Source: Chiloscyllium plagiosum (lineage: Eukaryota). From it: a DNA stretch of 64,000 nucleotides. The position numbers and the translations under genes are program-made. Location: NCBI RefSeq assembly GCF_004010195.1, contig NC_057728.1, forward strand, positions 51,608,552-51,672,551, written 5' to 3'. Below are positions 14,426-28,007 of the stretch, piece after piece. Numbering within the stretch: the stretch's first letter is position 1; each line of letters opens with the position of its first letter. Under the pieces are notes generated by a model, which did not search any database, was not told the DNA's origin, and worked only from the letters and a program-made list of their open reading frames with translations.

Positions 14426-15249
14426 TATATCAGATGATGATGGCAACCAAACAAATGTATATAAATCAAGAGATAATGAAAATGCTTATAATGCAGAAGG
14501 ATGGAAGTCAGACCCCAAATATAGTTAATTTTATTAGCAAATAAAAATCAACACCAATTTGTCTCAATGCCTGATGAGGGATTTAGAGATTAGACTAGAG
14601 AGTTAGAGGCTTTTAAACACAAATGCAATTTACACTGGGAATGTTTCAGGTCGACATTAAGTGAATGGGATGTGTAATATCTTCAAATAGCCACAGAGAA
14701 GGTTTTGTCTGCAAAACATTGTCTGCATTGACCTAACACTTCATTGTTCATCAAGCGCTACAAGCAACAAGGAATTTAGAATTATTATACTGATGGCTTG
14801 AGGGTTTCTGCTGAATGGAATCACAGGATGTAATTATTCCTCCTCGCTGCCTGATCGACAGTTACCCTGTCTCATTCATTACACATTAGACATTCTACAT
14901 TAAAAGTGTGCAGTGATCACATCTCTCTCTCATTAATGATGAACAATCTTGCAATAATGTGTATTACCATATACCTTGTATGTAATTAATAACAATATGT
15001 AATATACACTTTGCAATCAATGGTAACCCTGCTATAATGTAAAGTTTGTGTGCTGTTAATAGCTCTCATTGTAATGCACATCCTATGCTATTAGCAGCCT
15101 AGGACAGTGTATGCGTGCTTTATGTGAGTAAGCCTGTGTTATGTTCACGTTGTATACTGATTAAGCTAGTTGATGGGCATTGCAATGATATCCCACAGGA
15201 AAGTGAAATATGACTTGGATAACTAAGCAACCAGTGTTGCTGCACCGAA

Positions 15250-15720
15250 ATATTGTAGCAAACACAACCACAAAGAAATTACAATCCACTGCAGATTAGC
15301 ATTGACAGCAGCAACCTCAATGCCAGTGGAACAGTTCTCCAATCTAGGTAGCATTATCTTCAATGCTGCTTCTATCAATGGACTGTACAAAGTCACCAGC
15401 TCCTTTCGCCATATCTTGAAGTGGATCTGGTGAAACCATTCACTATCCATCTCTATCAAAACTCATGAACCCAGAGTGGTTACAACTGCCATCTCTTGAA
15501 TGTCTCACTGTCAGAATTCTGTACAGGAAACAAATGTGATGACTGGAGAGTTTCATTGGCCCTGTCTTCAATCACCCCATCATGACTATCAGAATGCAGG
15601 ACGACATCACAAACAATGAACTCTTCAACAGGGCGAATCTACCCTGGACTGAGTCTGTTCTCTCATAATGACAGGTGCACTGGGTAGGGTGTGTGTCATG
15701 TGAAGGAAACGGGAATACTC
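15250..15720 (+). mobile_element. RTE-like LINE remnant
   Basis: VEQFSNLGSII and ITNNELFNRANLP resemble RTE RT/thumb motifs; heavily decayed. Confidence 0.4.
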
Positions 15721-15784
15721 AAAAGCTGTACTTTCTGGAGAGGCAAGGGTTAATTAAAAACAGTCAGCATGGATTTGTTAAGGC

Positions 15785-15908
15785 AAAAGTGAGGACTGCA
15801 GATGCTGGAGGCTAGAGTCGAGAGTGTGGTGCTGGAAAAGCACAGCAGGTCAGGCAACATCTGAGGAGCAGGAGACTCGACGTTTCAGGCAAAAACCCTT
15901 CATCAGGA
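15785..15908 (-). mobile_element. Penelope pLTR fragment inserted in a CR1 remnant
   Basis: The minus strand has CTGATGAAGGGTTTTTGCCTGAAACGTC. It is flanked by the duplicated ttgttaagg within the CR1 QHGFVKGRSCLTN motif. Confidence 0.75.
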
Positions 15909-16909
15909 TTGTTAAGGGCAGGTCATGTCTGACCAACATGATTGAATTTTTCAAAGAGGTGACCCAGTGTGACCGGGATCCAGAGGATAATGGGAATCTG
16001 GAACTCACTGTCTGTGAGGGTGGTAGCAACTGAAACCCTCATATCTGCATAATTGCAATGCCAAGACATATAAGGCCATGGGCCAAGTGCTGGAATATAG
16101 GATTAGAATAGTTAGGTAGTTTCATATGACCTGCCTGGTCATGATGAGCTGATGGGTCTTTTATTGTGCTGTAGATCTCTGTGACTCTCTGACTCTACAG
16201 TGAACCTTGCACTGGAATGTGTGACCATAATGCCCTTTGCAGACAATTCTATAAGCAGCTGGAAAGGCAGCTCTCACTGGCTGACATTGAATAATGGGTG
16301 TGAGAACAGGAGTTTGCAAATAGACAGCTGGTGCATAACAACTGGGAAAGCAATCTGCATGTTTGAAGCAAACAGATTTGAGACTGCTAAAGAAAGGTAT
16401 AGACAATGGAAGGAGTCTGTTTATTCCAGTGGAAAAGATGGCTCTGTCTGTCTGACATTGTTCAATGTGTGTAGGAGCAGGAGGATGAAAAGGGAGGATA
16501 AAACTGCAGAGGTGGGAAAGGACAGATGAATCAAAATAATTGGACAGCCCTTTCCAAGAGCTGACAAAGACAGGATAGGCTGAATGGTCTCTTTCTGTGC
16601 AGTAAGTCTATGACAATCTGTGTTCTGTACCCAGTGCATCCATGATGCATTATAAATCTCATTGCCTCATTCCTTTTGAAGTGGGTGCCCTAATGTTACT
16701 TTGCAAAAAACATGGCATATAAATTGGTTTTAACAAAATTGCATGTAACAGCAGTTGGCTTTGATGTAAACATTTTTTTGAATAGGGAATAAATATTGGC
16801 AGGTTACCAGGACATTTTCTTCAGGTTTAGTAACTAGCTGATAGGATTTCAATTTAACATCTCGTCCAGATAAGGAAAATTAGAATGATCAAGGATTTCT
16901 CTAATGCTA

Positions 16910-17629
16910 ACCAACTATCAGTGCAGCACTCCCACAGTACTAACGGTCCATCAATGCAACACTCCTTCAGTACTGACCCTCCATCAGCGCAGAACTCCTT
17001 CGTACCGACCCTCCATCAGTGCAGCACTCCCACTGTACTGAACGTTCATCAGTGCAGCACTCCTTCAGTACTGACCCTCCATCAACTCAGCACTCCTTTA
17101 TACTGACCCTCCATCAATGCAGCACTCCCACAGCATTGACCTGCCATCAATGCAGCACTCCTTCAGTACTGACCTCCATCAACGCAGCACTCCTTCATAC
17201 TGACCCTCCATCAGTGCAGCACTCCCACAGTACTGACCCTCCATCAGTGCAGCACTCCTTCATTACTGACCCTCCATCAGTGCAGCACTCCTTCATTACT
17301 GACCCTCCATCAGTGCAGCACTCCCACAGTACTGACCCTCCATCAGCGCAGCACTTTTTCGTACCAACCCTCCATCAGTGCAGCACTTCCACAGTACTGA
17401 CACTCCATCAGTGCAGCACTCCCACAGTACTGACCCTCCATCAGTGCAGCACTCCTACAGTACGGACCCTCCATCAATGCAGCACTCCCACAGTACTGAC
17501 CCTCCATCAGTGCAGCACTCCCACAGTACTGACCCTCCATCAATGCGGCACTCCCACAGTACTGACCCTCCATCAGCGCAGCACTCCTTCGTACCGACCC
17601 TTCATCAGTGCAGCACACCCACAGTACTT
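16910..17629. repeat. 33-bp minisatellite, left part (cagtactgaccctccatcagtgcagcactccca)
   Basis: Direct tandem repeats; 11-aa periodic ORFs. Confidence 0.95.
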
Positions 17630-18368
17630 CAAAGTTTGTGCGAAGATTTGTAGCTCGGGTGCTCGTTGTTGTGGTTCTGTTCGCCGAGCTGGAAGTTTTT
17701 GTTGCAAACGTTTCGTCCCCTGGCTAGGCGACATCATCAGTGCTTGGGAGCCTCCTGCGAAGCGCTTCTTTGATGTTTCCCGGTGTTTATAGTGGTCTGT
17801 CCCTGCCGCTTCCGGTTGTCAGTTTCAGCTGTCCGCTGTAGTGGTTGGTATATTGGGTCCAGGTCGATGTGTTTGTTGATGGAGTTTGTGGATGAATGCC
17901 ATGCCTCTAGGAATTCCCTGGCTGTTCTCTGTCTGGCTTGCCCTATGATAGTAGTGTTGTCCCAGTCGAATTCATGAGCAAAACTAATGTAGTGTACAAA
18001 ATACCAAGCAAGGACTGCACTAAACACTATATAGGACAAAAAGGAAGTGTTGGGGTGGTTACTTTCATAGTTTAGGACTTGGTCTGTGTGTGTGGCTTTC
18101 CTGTATACCCTTGTAGTGAATTCTCCATTCGGTGTTCTCTGTACCATCACGTCTAGGAATGGGAGTTGGCTATCCTTTTCTTCTTCTCTCACTACATCGG
18201 GCAGCTGAAACTGACAACCGGAAGCGGCAGGGACAGACCACTATAAACACTGGAGGAAACATCAAAGAAGCGCTTCGCAGGAGGCTCCCAAGCACTGATG
18301 ATGTCGCCTAGCCAGAGGACGAAACGTTTGCAACAAAAACTTCCAGCTCGGCGAACAGAACCACAACA
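17630..18368. mobile_element. Rearranged Penelope-like element with inverted pLTRs, RT and GIY-YIG fragments
   Basis: RT fragment LPFLDVMV...VYRKATHTDQVLNYESNHP (-), GIY-YIG NVVYKIPSKDCTKHYIGQ (+, ~17980-18040), endonuclease C-terminus AREFLEAWHS (-). Inverted ends and TSD acccacagtactt. Confidence 0.85.
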
Positions 18369-18380
18369 ACCCACAGTACT

Positions 18381-20055
18381 TACTGTGGAAAAGGACATGG
18401 AAGATGTAGACTGTAGGGAAATAGATGGTGACATCTTGCAAAATGTCCATATTACAGAGGAGGAAGTGCTGGATGTCTTGAAACACATAAAAGTGGATAA
18501 GTCCCCAGGACCTGATCAGGTGTACCCTAGGACTCTGTGGGAAGCTAGGGAAGTGATTGCTGGGCCTCTTACTGAGATATTTGTATCATCGATAGTCACA
18601 GGTGAAGTGCCCGAAGACTGGAGGTTGGCTAATGTGGTGCTACTCTTTAGGAAGGGCGGGGAGGACAAGCCAGGGAATTATGGACCAGTGAGCCTGACAT
18701 TGGTGGTGGGCAAGTTGTTGGAGGGAATCCTGAGGGACAGGATTTACGTGTATTTGGAAAGACAAGAACTGATTAGAAATAGTCAACATGGCTTTGTGCA
18801 TGGGAAATCATGTCTCACAAAATTGAGTTTTTTGAAGAAGTAATAAAGAGGATTGATGAGGGCAGAGTGGTAGATGTGATCTATATAGACTTCAGTAAGG
18901 CATTTGACAAGGTTCCCCATGGGAGACTGATTAACAAGGTTAGATGTCATGGAATACAAAGAGAACTAGCCATTTGGATACAGAACTGGCTGAAAGGTAG
19001 AAGACAGAGAATGGTGGTGGGGGATTGTTTTTCAGACTGGAGGCCTGTGACCAGTGGAATACTACAAGAATCTGTGCTGGGTCCTCTAATTTTTATCATT
19101 TGTTTAAATTATTTGGATGGGAGCATAAGAGGTATAATTAGTAAGTTTGCAGATGACACCAAAATTGGAGGTGTAGTGGACAATGAAGAAGGTTACCTCA
19201 GATTACAATGGGATCTTGATCAGATGGGCCAATGGGCTGAGAAGTGGCAGATGGAGTTTAATTTAGATAAGTGTGAGGTACTGCATTTTGGGAAAGCAAA
19301 TCTTAGCAGGACTTATACACTTAATGGTAAGGTCCGAGGGAGTGTTGCTGAACAGAGACCTTCGAGTGCAGGTTCATAGCTCCTTGAAAGTGGAGTCGCA
19401 GGTAGATAGGATAGTGAAGAAGGTGTTTGGTATGCTTTCCTTTATTGGTCAGAGTATTGAGTACAGGAGTTGGGAGGTCATGTTGCAGCTGTACAGGGCA
19501 TTGGTTAGGCCATTGTTGGAATATTGCGTGCAATTCTGGTCTCCTTCCTATCGGAAAGATGTTGTGAAACTTGAAAGGACTCAGAAAAGACTTACAAGGA
19601 TGTTGCCAGGGTTGGAGGATTTGAGCTATAGGGAGAGGCTGAACAGCTGGGGCTGTTTTCCCTGCAGTGTCGGAGGCAGAGGGGTGACCTTATAGAGGTT
19701 TACAAAATCATGTAGGGCATGGATAGGATAAATAAACCAACGTCTTTTCCCTGGGGTGGGGGACCAGAGGGGGTAGGTCTAGGGTGAGAGGGGAAAGATA
19801 TAAAAGAAACCTAAGAGACTACTTTTTCACTCAGACGTGTATGAATGAGCTGCCAGAGGAAGTAGTGGAGGCTGGTACAATTGCAACATTTAAGAGGCAT
19901 TTGGATGGGTAGATGAATAGGAAGAGTATGAAGGGATATGGGCCAAGTGCTGGCAGATGGGAACAGATTGGGTTGTGAAATCTGGTCGGCATGGACGAGT
20001 TGGATGGAAGGGTCAGTTTCCATGCTGTACATCTCTATGACTCTCTGACTCTAAT
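18381..20055 (+). mobile_element. CR1 (HER1-like) LINE, 5'-truncated ORF2 with frameshifts
   Basis: KSPGPDQVYPR, WRLANVV, QHGFVHGKSCL, DFSKAFDKVPH, KFADDTK, LVRPLLEYCVQFWSP; tail tctatgactct. Confidence 0.95.
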
Positions 20056-20057
20056 AA

Positions 20058-21790
20058 ACCTCCATCAGTGCAGCACTCCTTCGTACTGACCCTCCATCAG
20101 AGCAGCACTCTCACAGTACTGACCCTCCATCAGTGCAGCAATTCCACAGTCCTGACCCTTCATCAGTGCAGCACTCCCACAGTACTACCCCTCCAACAAT
20201 GCAGCACTCCAACAGTACTGACTCTCTATCAGTGTAGCAATCCCACAGTACTGACCATCCATCAGTGCAGCACTCCTTCAGTACAGACCATCCATCAGTG
20301 CAGCACTCCCACAGTGCTGACCCTCCATCAGCGCAGCACTCCCACAGTACTGACCCTCCATCAGTGCAGCACTCCCACAGTGCTGACCCTCCATCAGTGC
20401 AGCACTCCTTCAGAACAGACCATCCATCAGTGCAGCACTCCCACAGTACTGACCCTCCATCAATGCAGCACTCCTTCAGTACTGACCCTCCATCAGTGCA
20501 GCACTCCCACAGGACTGACCGTCCATCAGTGCAGCACTCCCACAGTACTAATATTCCATCAATCTCCATCAATGCAACATTCCCATAGTACTGACCCTCC
20601 ATCAGTGCAGTCCTCCCTCAGTACTGACCTTCCACCAGTGCAGTACACTCACAGTACTGACCCTCTATCGGTGCAGCACTCCTTCAGTACTGACCCTCCA
20701 TCAGTGCAGCACTCCCACTGTACTGACCCTCCATCGGTGCAGCACTCCCACAGTACTGACCCTTCATCAGTGCAGCACTCCTTCATTACTGACCCTCCAT
20801 CAGCGCAGCACTCCCACTGTACTGACCCTCCATCGATGCAGCACTCCCACAGTACTGACCCTTCATCAGTGCAGCACTCCTTCATTACTGACCCTCCATC
20901 AGTGCAGCACTCCCACTGTACTGACCCTCCATCGGCGCAGCACTCCCACAGTACTGACCCTTCATCAGTGCAGCACTCCTTCAGTACTGACCCTCCATCA
21001 GTGCAGCACTCCCACTGTACTGACCCTCCATCGGTGCAGCACTCCTTCAGTACTGACCGTCCATCAGTGCAGCACTCCCACTGTACTGACCTTCCATCAG
21101 TGCAGCACTCCTTCAGTACTGACCCTCCATCAGTGCAGCACTCCCACTGTACTGACCCTCCATCGGTGCAGCACTCCTTCAGTACTGACCCTCCATCAGT
21201 GCAGCACTCCCCCTGTACTGACCCTCCATCGGTGCAGCACTCCTTCAGTACTGACCCTCTATCAGTGCAGCACTCCTTCAGTACTGACCTTCCATCAGTG
21301 CAGCACTCCCACTGTACTGACCCTCCATCAGTGCAGCAATCCTTCAGTACTGACCCTCCATCAGTGCAGCACTCCTTCAGTACTGACCCTCCATCAGTGC
21401 AGCACTCCCACTGTACTGACCTTCCATCAGTGCAGCAATCCTTCAGTACTGACCTTCCATCGGTGCAGCACTCCCACTGTACTGACCCTCCATCAGTGCA
21501 GCACTCCTTCAGTACTGACCCTTCATCAGCGCAGCACTCCTTCAGTACTGACCCTTCATCAGCGCAGCACTCCTATCATACTGAACCTCTGACAGTGTTG
21601 CACTCCCATGGCACCGACTTCTCCAAAAGTGCCGCACTCCCACTGTACTGACCCTTGAACTGTATTCCCTCAATATTGACTCCTTTACAGTGTAGCACTC
21701 ACTCAGTACTAACCTTCTGACAGTGTAGAGCCCCCTCAGTTTTGACCCTTTGACCGTCCTGTGCTTCCTCAATACTGACTTGCTGACATT
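20058..21790. repeat. 33-bp minisatellite, right part
   Basis: Same unit as 16910-17629; decays toward 21790. Confidence 0.95.
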
Positions 21791-21999
21791 GCAGTATCAA
21801 AAAGTCAGCATAGATTCTGTCCTTGCACCAATAATCCTCTGATGCAGAGGGTCTGATTGCTGCTAAATGCTGAACAAAAGTGACATTGAAGATTTTACAT
21901 TGATGTAATGGCTGTTCTCAGATGTGTGTTGCCATGAATTACTCGAACAGTATTGGGAGACTACTTTCAGCATTTTATCATTCTAACACAGTCAGAATC

Positions 22000-22318
22000 A
22001 TACAATCCCTACAGTGTGGAAACAGGCCCTTCGGCCTAAACACTCTGTTCCTCCGCAGACCAACATACCCAGACCCACACCCCTACATTTCGCCTGACTA
22101 ATGCACCTAACCTACACTTCCCTGAACAACATGGGCAATTTAGCATGGCCAATTCACCTGACCTGCACATCTTTGGACTGTGGGAGGAAACCAGACCACC
22201 CGGAAGAAACCCACACAGACATGGGGAGAACGTGTAACTTCCACACAGTCACCTGAGGCTGGAATCGAACCAGGGTTCCTGATGCTGTGAGGCAGCAGTG
22301 CTAACCACAGAACCAGCA
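22000..22318 (-). mobile_element. HE1 SINE
   Basis: Reverse complement of the HE1 body and tail. Confidence 0.88.
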
Positions 22319-22999
22319 GAGCAATATTCTAAAAGAGAGGTTTCTGATAGTTATCTAAAATCATTACTGCATCAAATATATTGCACTTAATTAAAAGAAA
22401 AAGGTCAGCTGGCCTTTTATTTATTCATTTGGCAGATGTGATTGTTATACTAATATTTCAATCATATTCTGGGCCTGAGAAAGACAAGATTGAACACTAG
22501 GCTACTGCAAGCTGAGGAACATTGATTAACTATTTATACTCTGCAGAGACATAGCTCAGCAGGACTTCACTCGAACCTTCTTCATTCATTTGTCAGTTCC
22601 ATGTCATCTGATGTCATCTGGTAACACTAATGATGCAGCAAAACTATTAGCAGTTTATCTATTCACCTTAGAATCCTGACTATTCTGAAATGCTTGGGTG
22701 AAGTTGCAAAACATAAGGAGGATTTTTTGGAATGTCAAAGTTATGGACAATGGCCAAAGAAACAATTTGAATTAGACACGAATGCAGGAGTGTCAATTCT
22801 TTCTGACACGTAACAATGACTGAACCTAATTTTCTTTAGCAATCAACTGTACAACGTCACAGTCCAGGGAGCATTTAACTGAAGGTGAAAGGACAGTTGC
22901 TATATTTCAGAGTAACTGAAGATAAATAACAAACTCTACCATTCAAGATCAGGAGTACTCATTATTGTGTTGGAAAGCTTCTTCAGAATTGCAAATTAT

Positions 23000-24260
23000 T
23001 CACAAGGTCGGGAGCTAAACAACCAGAACAAACCAGGAAAAAATTCAAGTTTGAATTTCCAAAAACTATTCACGGGTCAGAATGAGGTGCACATGACTTA
23101 CCATATTACATCCAGACTGAAAGCCAAGCCAATATGTACCTTACACCAATAAATATTCCACATTATCGGCTAAAAAGGGTGAATCTGTGCTGCATCGGGG
23201 TTAATATCACCAGTAACATAGCCAATTATTGATGCTTAGGCATGGTTCCTGTACTCAAATCCAACAATTCACCATCCATCTGTGTGGACCTTGCACAGTT
23301 GAACACGATTATGAAAAGGGAGATCTAGCCCATGGTGTCTGCAATCAAAAGCCTCAGAAAGTTTACAAACTGTTCATGTCTTTACCAAGCTGGATGTAAA
23401 CAGTGACTTCGAGCAGCAATGGTTAGAAGAACAATCCAATTACTAGTGACATTTATCTGACCCTTTGGATCATGTTTGGGCCACCACTGGGAATTGCCTC
23501 AGCCTCTGAGATTTTTCAATATACTGTCACCATCCTTTTGGAAGGCTTTGGAAAGGTCACCAATCACATGGACAATGTGCTCAATTATGGATCTAAAACT
23601 TTGGAGATTGAAAGGCAGTACTGAAACTCTTGCCAGCTGTGGGCCTTACATTTAAACACAGATATGAGTTTCCGAAACCTAGCTTCAATTTATTAGGTCA
23701 CATAGTGTCAAGGCTGACTCCCAGAAAATCAGTGCCATGAAGAATATTGTACCACCCCTTCTCAATACAGAGCTTCAATGATTCATGGACAGGATCAATC
23801 AGTTAATAAATCAACAGGTTGTTTGAATAATTGCTCAAGCAAGACTAGGCCTGGTACTGGGATGAACACCAACCAAGTATTTCCAACAATCACTTCAATA
23901 GAAATGCTGGCCCACCGCTCTCCATACTTGTCCACCATTGTTACATCTGATGTGTCATCCATTGCATGATGGGGCCATTCTGGGTCCAAATTTGGCATGA
24001 TGTTTCTAACAGACTGGTAAACATTGCATCAACAACACAGACAGATAGAGAGCAACAGTGTACTCTCATTGAAAAATGAGTCATTGTTTTTACCTGGACA
24101 TAACTATTGCATTATGCCCTGGGACTCAGGTTTATTGTTCATGAAGTCAGACTTACCTTAGGTCATTAGTTACTCTGATAAGCACTGAAGAATGGATGAA
24201 AGGTGCCATCCAGAATTGAGGCTTTGCTTCCAATTCCTGAAATTTGATGCTCAGGGTACA
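23000..24260 (+). mobile_element. Highly decayed Gypsy/Ty3 LTR-retrotransposon pol (RT-RNase H)
   Basis: Ordered motif relics FTKLDVNSDF (~23381), GIASASEIFQ (~23490), HMDNVLNYG (~23565), LLGHIV (~23690), VTSDVS (~23940). Confidence 0.65.
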
Positions 24261-25109
24261 TCCAGAGTAAATAACAAGTGACTGTAGATGGGCAGGAGAT
24301 TACACTCCTGCTGCTCCCATTTCTTCCATGGGCCCCTTAACCATGTCTCAAAGTGGTGGAGATCGAAAAGGTGAGGGAGAAAGTCATTACCATGGCAACC
24401 GAGTCATGAATTACAATCATCAGCATCAAACACCAGAGCTACAGGTACTCCAGTCAGGACAAGTCAGTGTGAGTCCACTGTCAGTATCAGAATGACCAGG
24501 CTTTGAGCCCTAATCAGCTTTGATGAAGAGTTATCTAGACTTGAAACATCAGCTTGTTCCTCTCCATGGATGCTGTCTGACCCACTGTGGTCTCTAGCAT
24601 TTGTCATTGTCAATGGGAATAGCTCGGCTAACACACTACATGGTTCCAGTGCCCCTCTGCATGAAGACAGTGATTCTCGGCCTCCTCCCAGGGAAATGGT
24701 AGCACCATCAAGCTGACTGGTCAACCATTCCTACAGTCTATCTCAATAAGTCAGGGATGACATCGGTGAATTTGAGGGGTGGAGTTGGGTATTGAGATAT
24801 GTAAATAGCTTTGCTCATAGTTTATGGGGCAGAGTGAAATTGGGAGGTGTAGTTATTACATGGAGCATGGCAACACCTTCGTCACTCAAAGCCAATTTGC
24901 CAACTAGTTAACACAGTGTGATCAGGCAGTATAAATTATTGTTCCCATTGAAATTTGGCATTCTTGCATCTGTCCTGATGAGACAAGATGCAAGGTTTTG
25001 AGGTTAGATTTCTTCTTTCAGCAATATTTAAATTAGTAAACAATATAATTGGTTATTGCAAGTAAATATCACATCAATACTGAACCCAATCAATCTTTGC
25101 AGTGAATAT

Positions 25110-25475
25110 TTAATAGGACAATGTGTATAAAAGTATGAGGGGCACAAGCAGAGTAGAAAGGGAGGAACTTTTATCCTTTCGTAGAGGGGTCAACAACTGG
25201 GGGCCTCAGCTTTAAGAAAAAGAGGGTATTTGAGGAAAACATTTTTCACCCAAAAGGTGATGGGTAGTTGGAATTCGCTGCTAAAAAGCATGGTAGAGGC
25301 TAGAACTCTTGAGGCCTTTAGGAAAGAATTAGGTGAGCACTTGAAATACCATAGCATACAAGGTTAAGGGCCAAGTGCTGGAAAATGGGATTAGGATAGA
25401 TATTTTATGATCAGTACAGATATGATGGGCTGAAGGGCCTCTTTGCCTATTGCAAAAACTCTATGACTCTTTGAT
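25110..25475 (+). mobile_element. CR1 LINE 3' end
   Basis: tttttcacccaaaaggtg...gggccaagtgctggaaaatgggattag...ctctatgactct. Confidence 0.7.
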
Positions 25476-26139
25476 TCTAGGATTTAGATGACTAACAGCA
25501 TGGTGTCAGGTATCATTTTAGATGACAATCTTTTTTCAAAGTGTGATAAACTAAATTGATTAGCGCAGATAAATATTGATAAAATAGAGGTTATAGTGCA
25601 GTGATTTCCAGAGTTGTTTGATGAGCTTGTAAACAAATCAGAGGGCAGGAAGAGAGTCTTATTGATTGCCAGAATGCATGCACCTCTGGTGTTTATTGCT
25701 GCCGAGGTTGAATGTAAATATGTCTTGTGGACTGAGTGTTTCTGTCGGGAAACAAGCCAGATAATTTGTCACCATTCCCTGCCGTGAGACAAAATTCTGA
25801 GTTTGTTCGGCAATGTAGCTTTTCTCCCCCAAGGCGTGAAACAGAAAAAGGAAGAGCATGCATTAGAACTCTGCTTCATGAATGTTAAATTTTCCAACCT
25901 CTTAATATTTCTCTGTGCAATTAGTACAAGATTGGCACAGGGCTGTGAGAAAGTTGGACATTGAGATTAGTTTGTGATTGTTTCAGAGATGTGCAGAAAG
26001 AGCAGTACAGCAGGGCTAGTTTGACCTTAATAGGTAACTTTAGGAAGAGGGTGGATAAGCTTAGTATTGATCTAAGGCAATGGGGAGAGCAGGGCAGTAG
26101 CATTAGATTGGAATTGGTAGAGTTATGTGAGAATGTAGG

Positions 26140-27110
26140 TTGGTGGGATTGGCTTGGGATTGATTGAGGGTTATGAGAGAGAGAGGAGGTGGGTAGTGGG
26201 TTTAGCTTGAAATTGATACAGGGCTACGGTAGAGATCAGGTAGTGGTATTGAATTGCAGAGTGGATAGAGCTGGCTTTAACATTATCGGTTCCAGTGCCT
26301 AAGTCAACGCCAAGTGGTCCATCCAGCTTCAATTCCTTTGTTCAGACTTTGTAACATGTGATACAACTGATTGACTTGCAGGGCCATTTTAGAAGGTATG
26401 TAAGAATCACCAAATTACTGTTGAGTTACATGTAGGCCAGAACAGGTAAGGGCGGCAGACATCCATCCGAAAGGACAACAGGAAACAGATACCCTTTAAC
26501 TGTAGCTCAGTGCATGACATTCTCAATTCTGAGTCACCTAGTTACCAAATCAAGCCCAGAACCATTCTTGATGAAGAGCTTATGCCCGAAATGTCGATTA
26601 CTCTCAACCCAAAACCATGACAAAGATCAAGCTGTTGATATGGGATGATACTGATGGAGTACTGCATGTTCGAGGTTTCATCTTTCAGACTAACTGTTAA
26701 ACTGAGACCCTGTCTGCCCTCTCAGGTAGGTGCAAAAGATTGTATGTCTCAATTTCAAAGGAAAACAAGGGAGTTCTCTCTTGTGGCCTGGTCAATGTTC
26801 AGTCATCAAACAAGTTTATTTAATCAGGATCATATTGCCATTTGTGGGAGCTTGCTATGTACAATTTTGGCACGTCTTGTACCACAGCACTCTAAAAGAA
26901 TACCTCAGTAACAGAAAAATGCTTTGGGTCCTGAGGATGAGAAAGGCGCTTTAGAAATGCAGTTTAATACCTTCAGAAACATGTCAGTGGCTGGAACACA
27001 CATGAAACCTCCAAAAATTCCAAGACTATTTGACAGATTTACTCTGGAGCAATGTCCCAGGACTGTAGGGATGAGAACCCACTAATGAAAAGTCCAGTGA
27101 GGTGTGAATA
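26140..27110. repeat. Segmental duplication, copy A (paralog of 31870-32920)
   Basis: Long collinear matches, e.g. ggtccatccagcttcaattc.tttgttcag, caaagat.aagctgttg.tatgggatgatactgatg, gtggctggaacacacatgaaacct. Confidence 0.85.
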
Positions 27111-28007
27111 AATTCAATATTAAATAATTGCACAGTCACGCAAGATCACAAGGATTCACCACAGGAAGTAGAGGTGGGTTACAAATACCATATTTAAAAG
27201 ACATTTGGACAGTTATGTGGATAGGAAAGGTTTAGAGAGATATAGGCCAAATGCAGGCAAATGCGACCAGTTCCGTTTGCGAAGCCTGGTCAACATGGAT
27301 GAGTTGGGTCTGTTTCTGTGCTGTATAACTCTATGACTCTACAGCCTGGTATGACCTCAGTCATGGTGCACTGTGAGTTTATTCAGATTTGTCTGTTGAT
27401 GACCCAAAGAAACGGACACTGTCCTGCAAATCTTCAGATCCACCTGAATACCTAGCCCTAGAGTGTAAGAATCCACAGCCAACTGGTCACTTTGAGCATC
27501 CAAGAATCCACTGCCAATCCTTGATTCCCAGAACTCCCAAGTTTGATGATCTACTCTCGGTGCACAGAGATAGCAAGCGACAATTCACGTCTGACTTCCT
27601 GAACTGTGCTCTTGCACCTGATCCAGTGTGTAAGGAACTGCACCTGGAACTCAATCAGAAGGCTCAAACTGGGATATTTGCCCAGTTAAATATTGGGGTC
27701 CCTTAAAACATGAATTTTCCTCGTATTTATTATGTATTATGTATTTTCATTGAAATCTCAAGCTATTAACTTTGCAAAATTCTCGTATATGAAACTAGAG
27801 GGAAGAATTATGAAAGTATCTCACTTTGCCTGGTTACTCCACTGGTATGGGCCAGGTGCTGGCAGGTGGGACTAGATTGGGTTGGGATATCTGGTCGGCA
27901 TGGATGAGTTGGACTGAAGGGTCTGTTTCTGTGCTGTACACTTCTATGACTCTATGGTTACTCCCGGTTACGTCCCTGGGAAACAAGGGGCCCTGTGGCC
28001 CTCCCTT

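Noticed and set aside
20068..21651. 527-aa ORF (and 257-aa ORF at 17019) of HSTDPPSVQ / LTLHQCSTP repeats
   Set aside because: Translation of a 33-bp minisatellite. It switches repeat frame internally, has no real ATG or splice context, and the array is interrupted by transposons.
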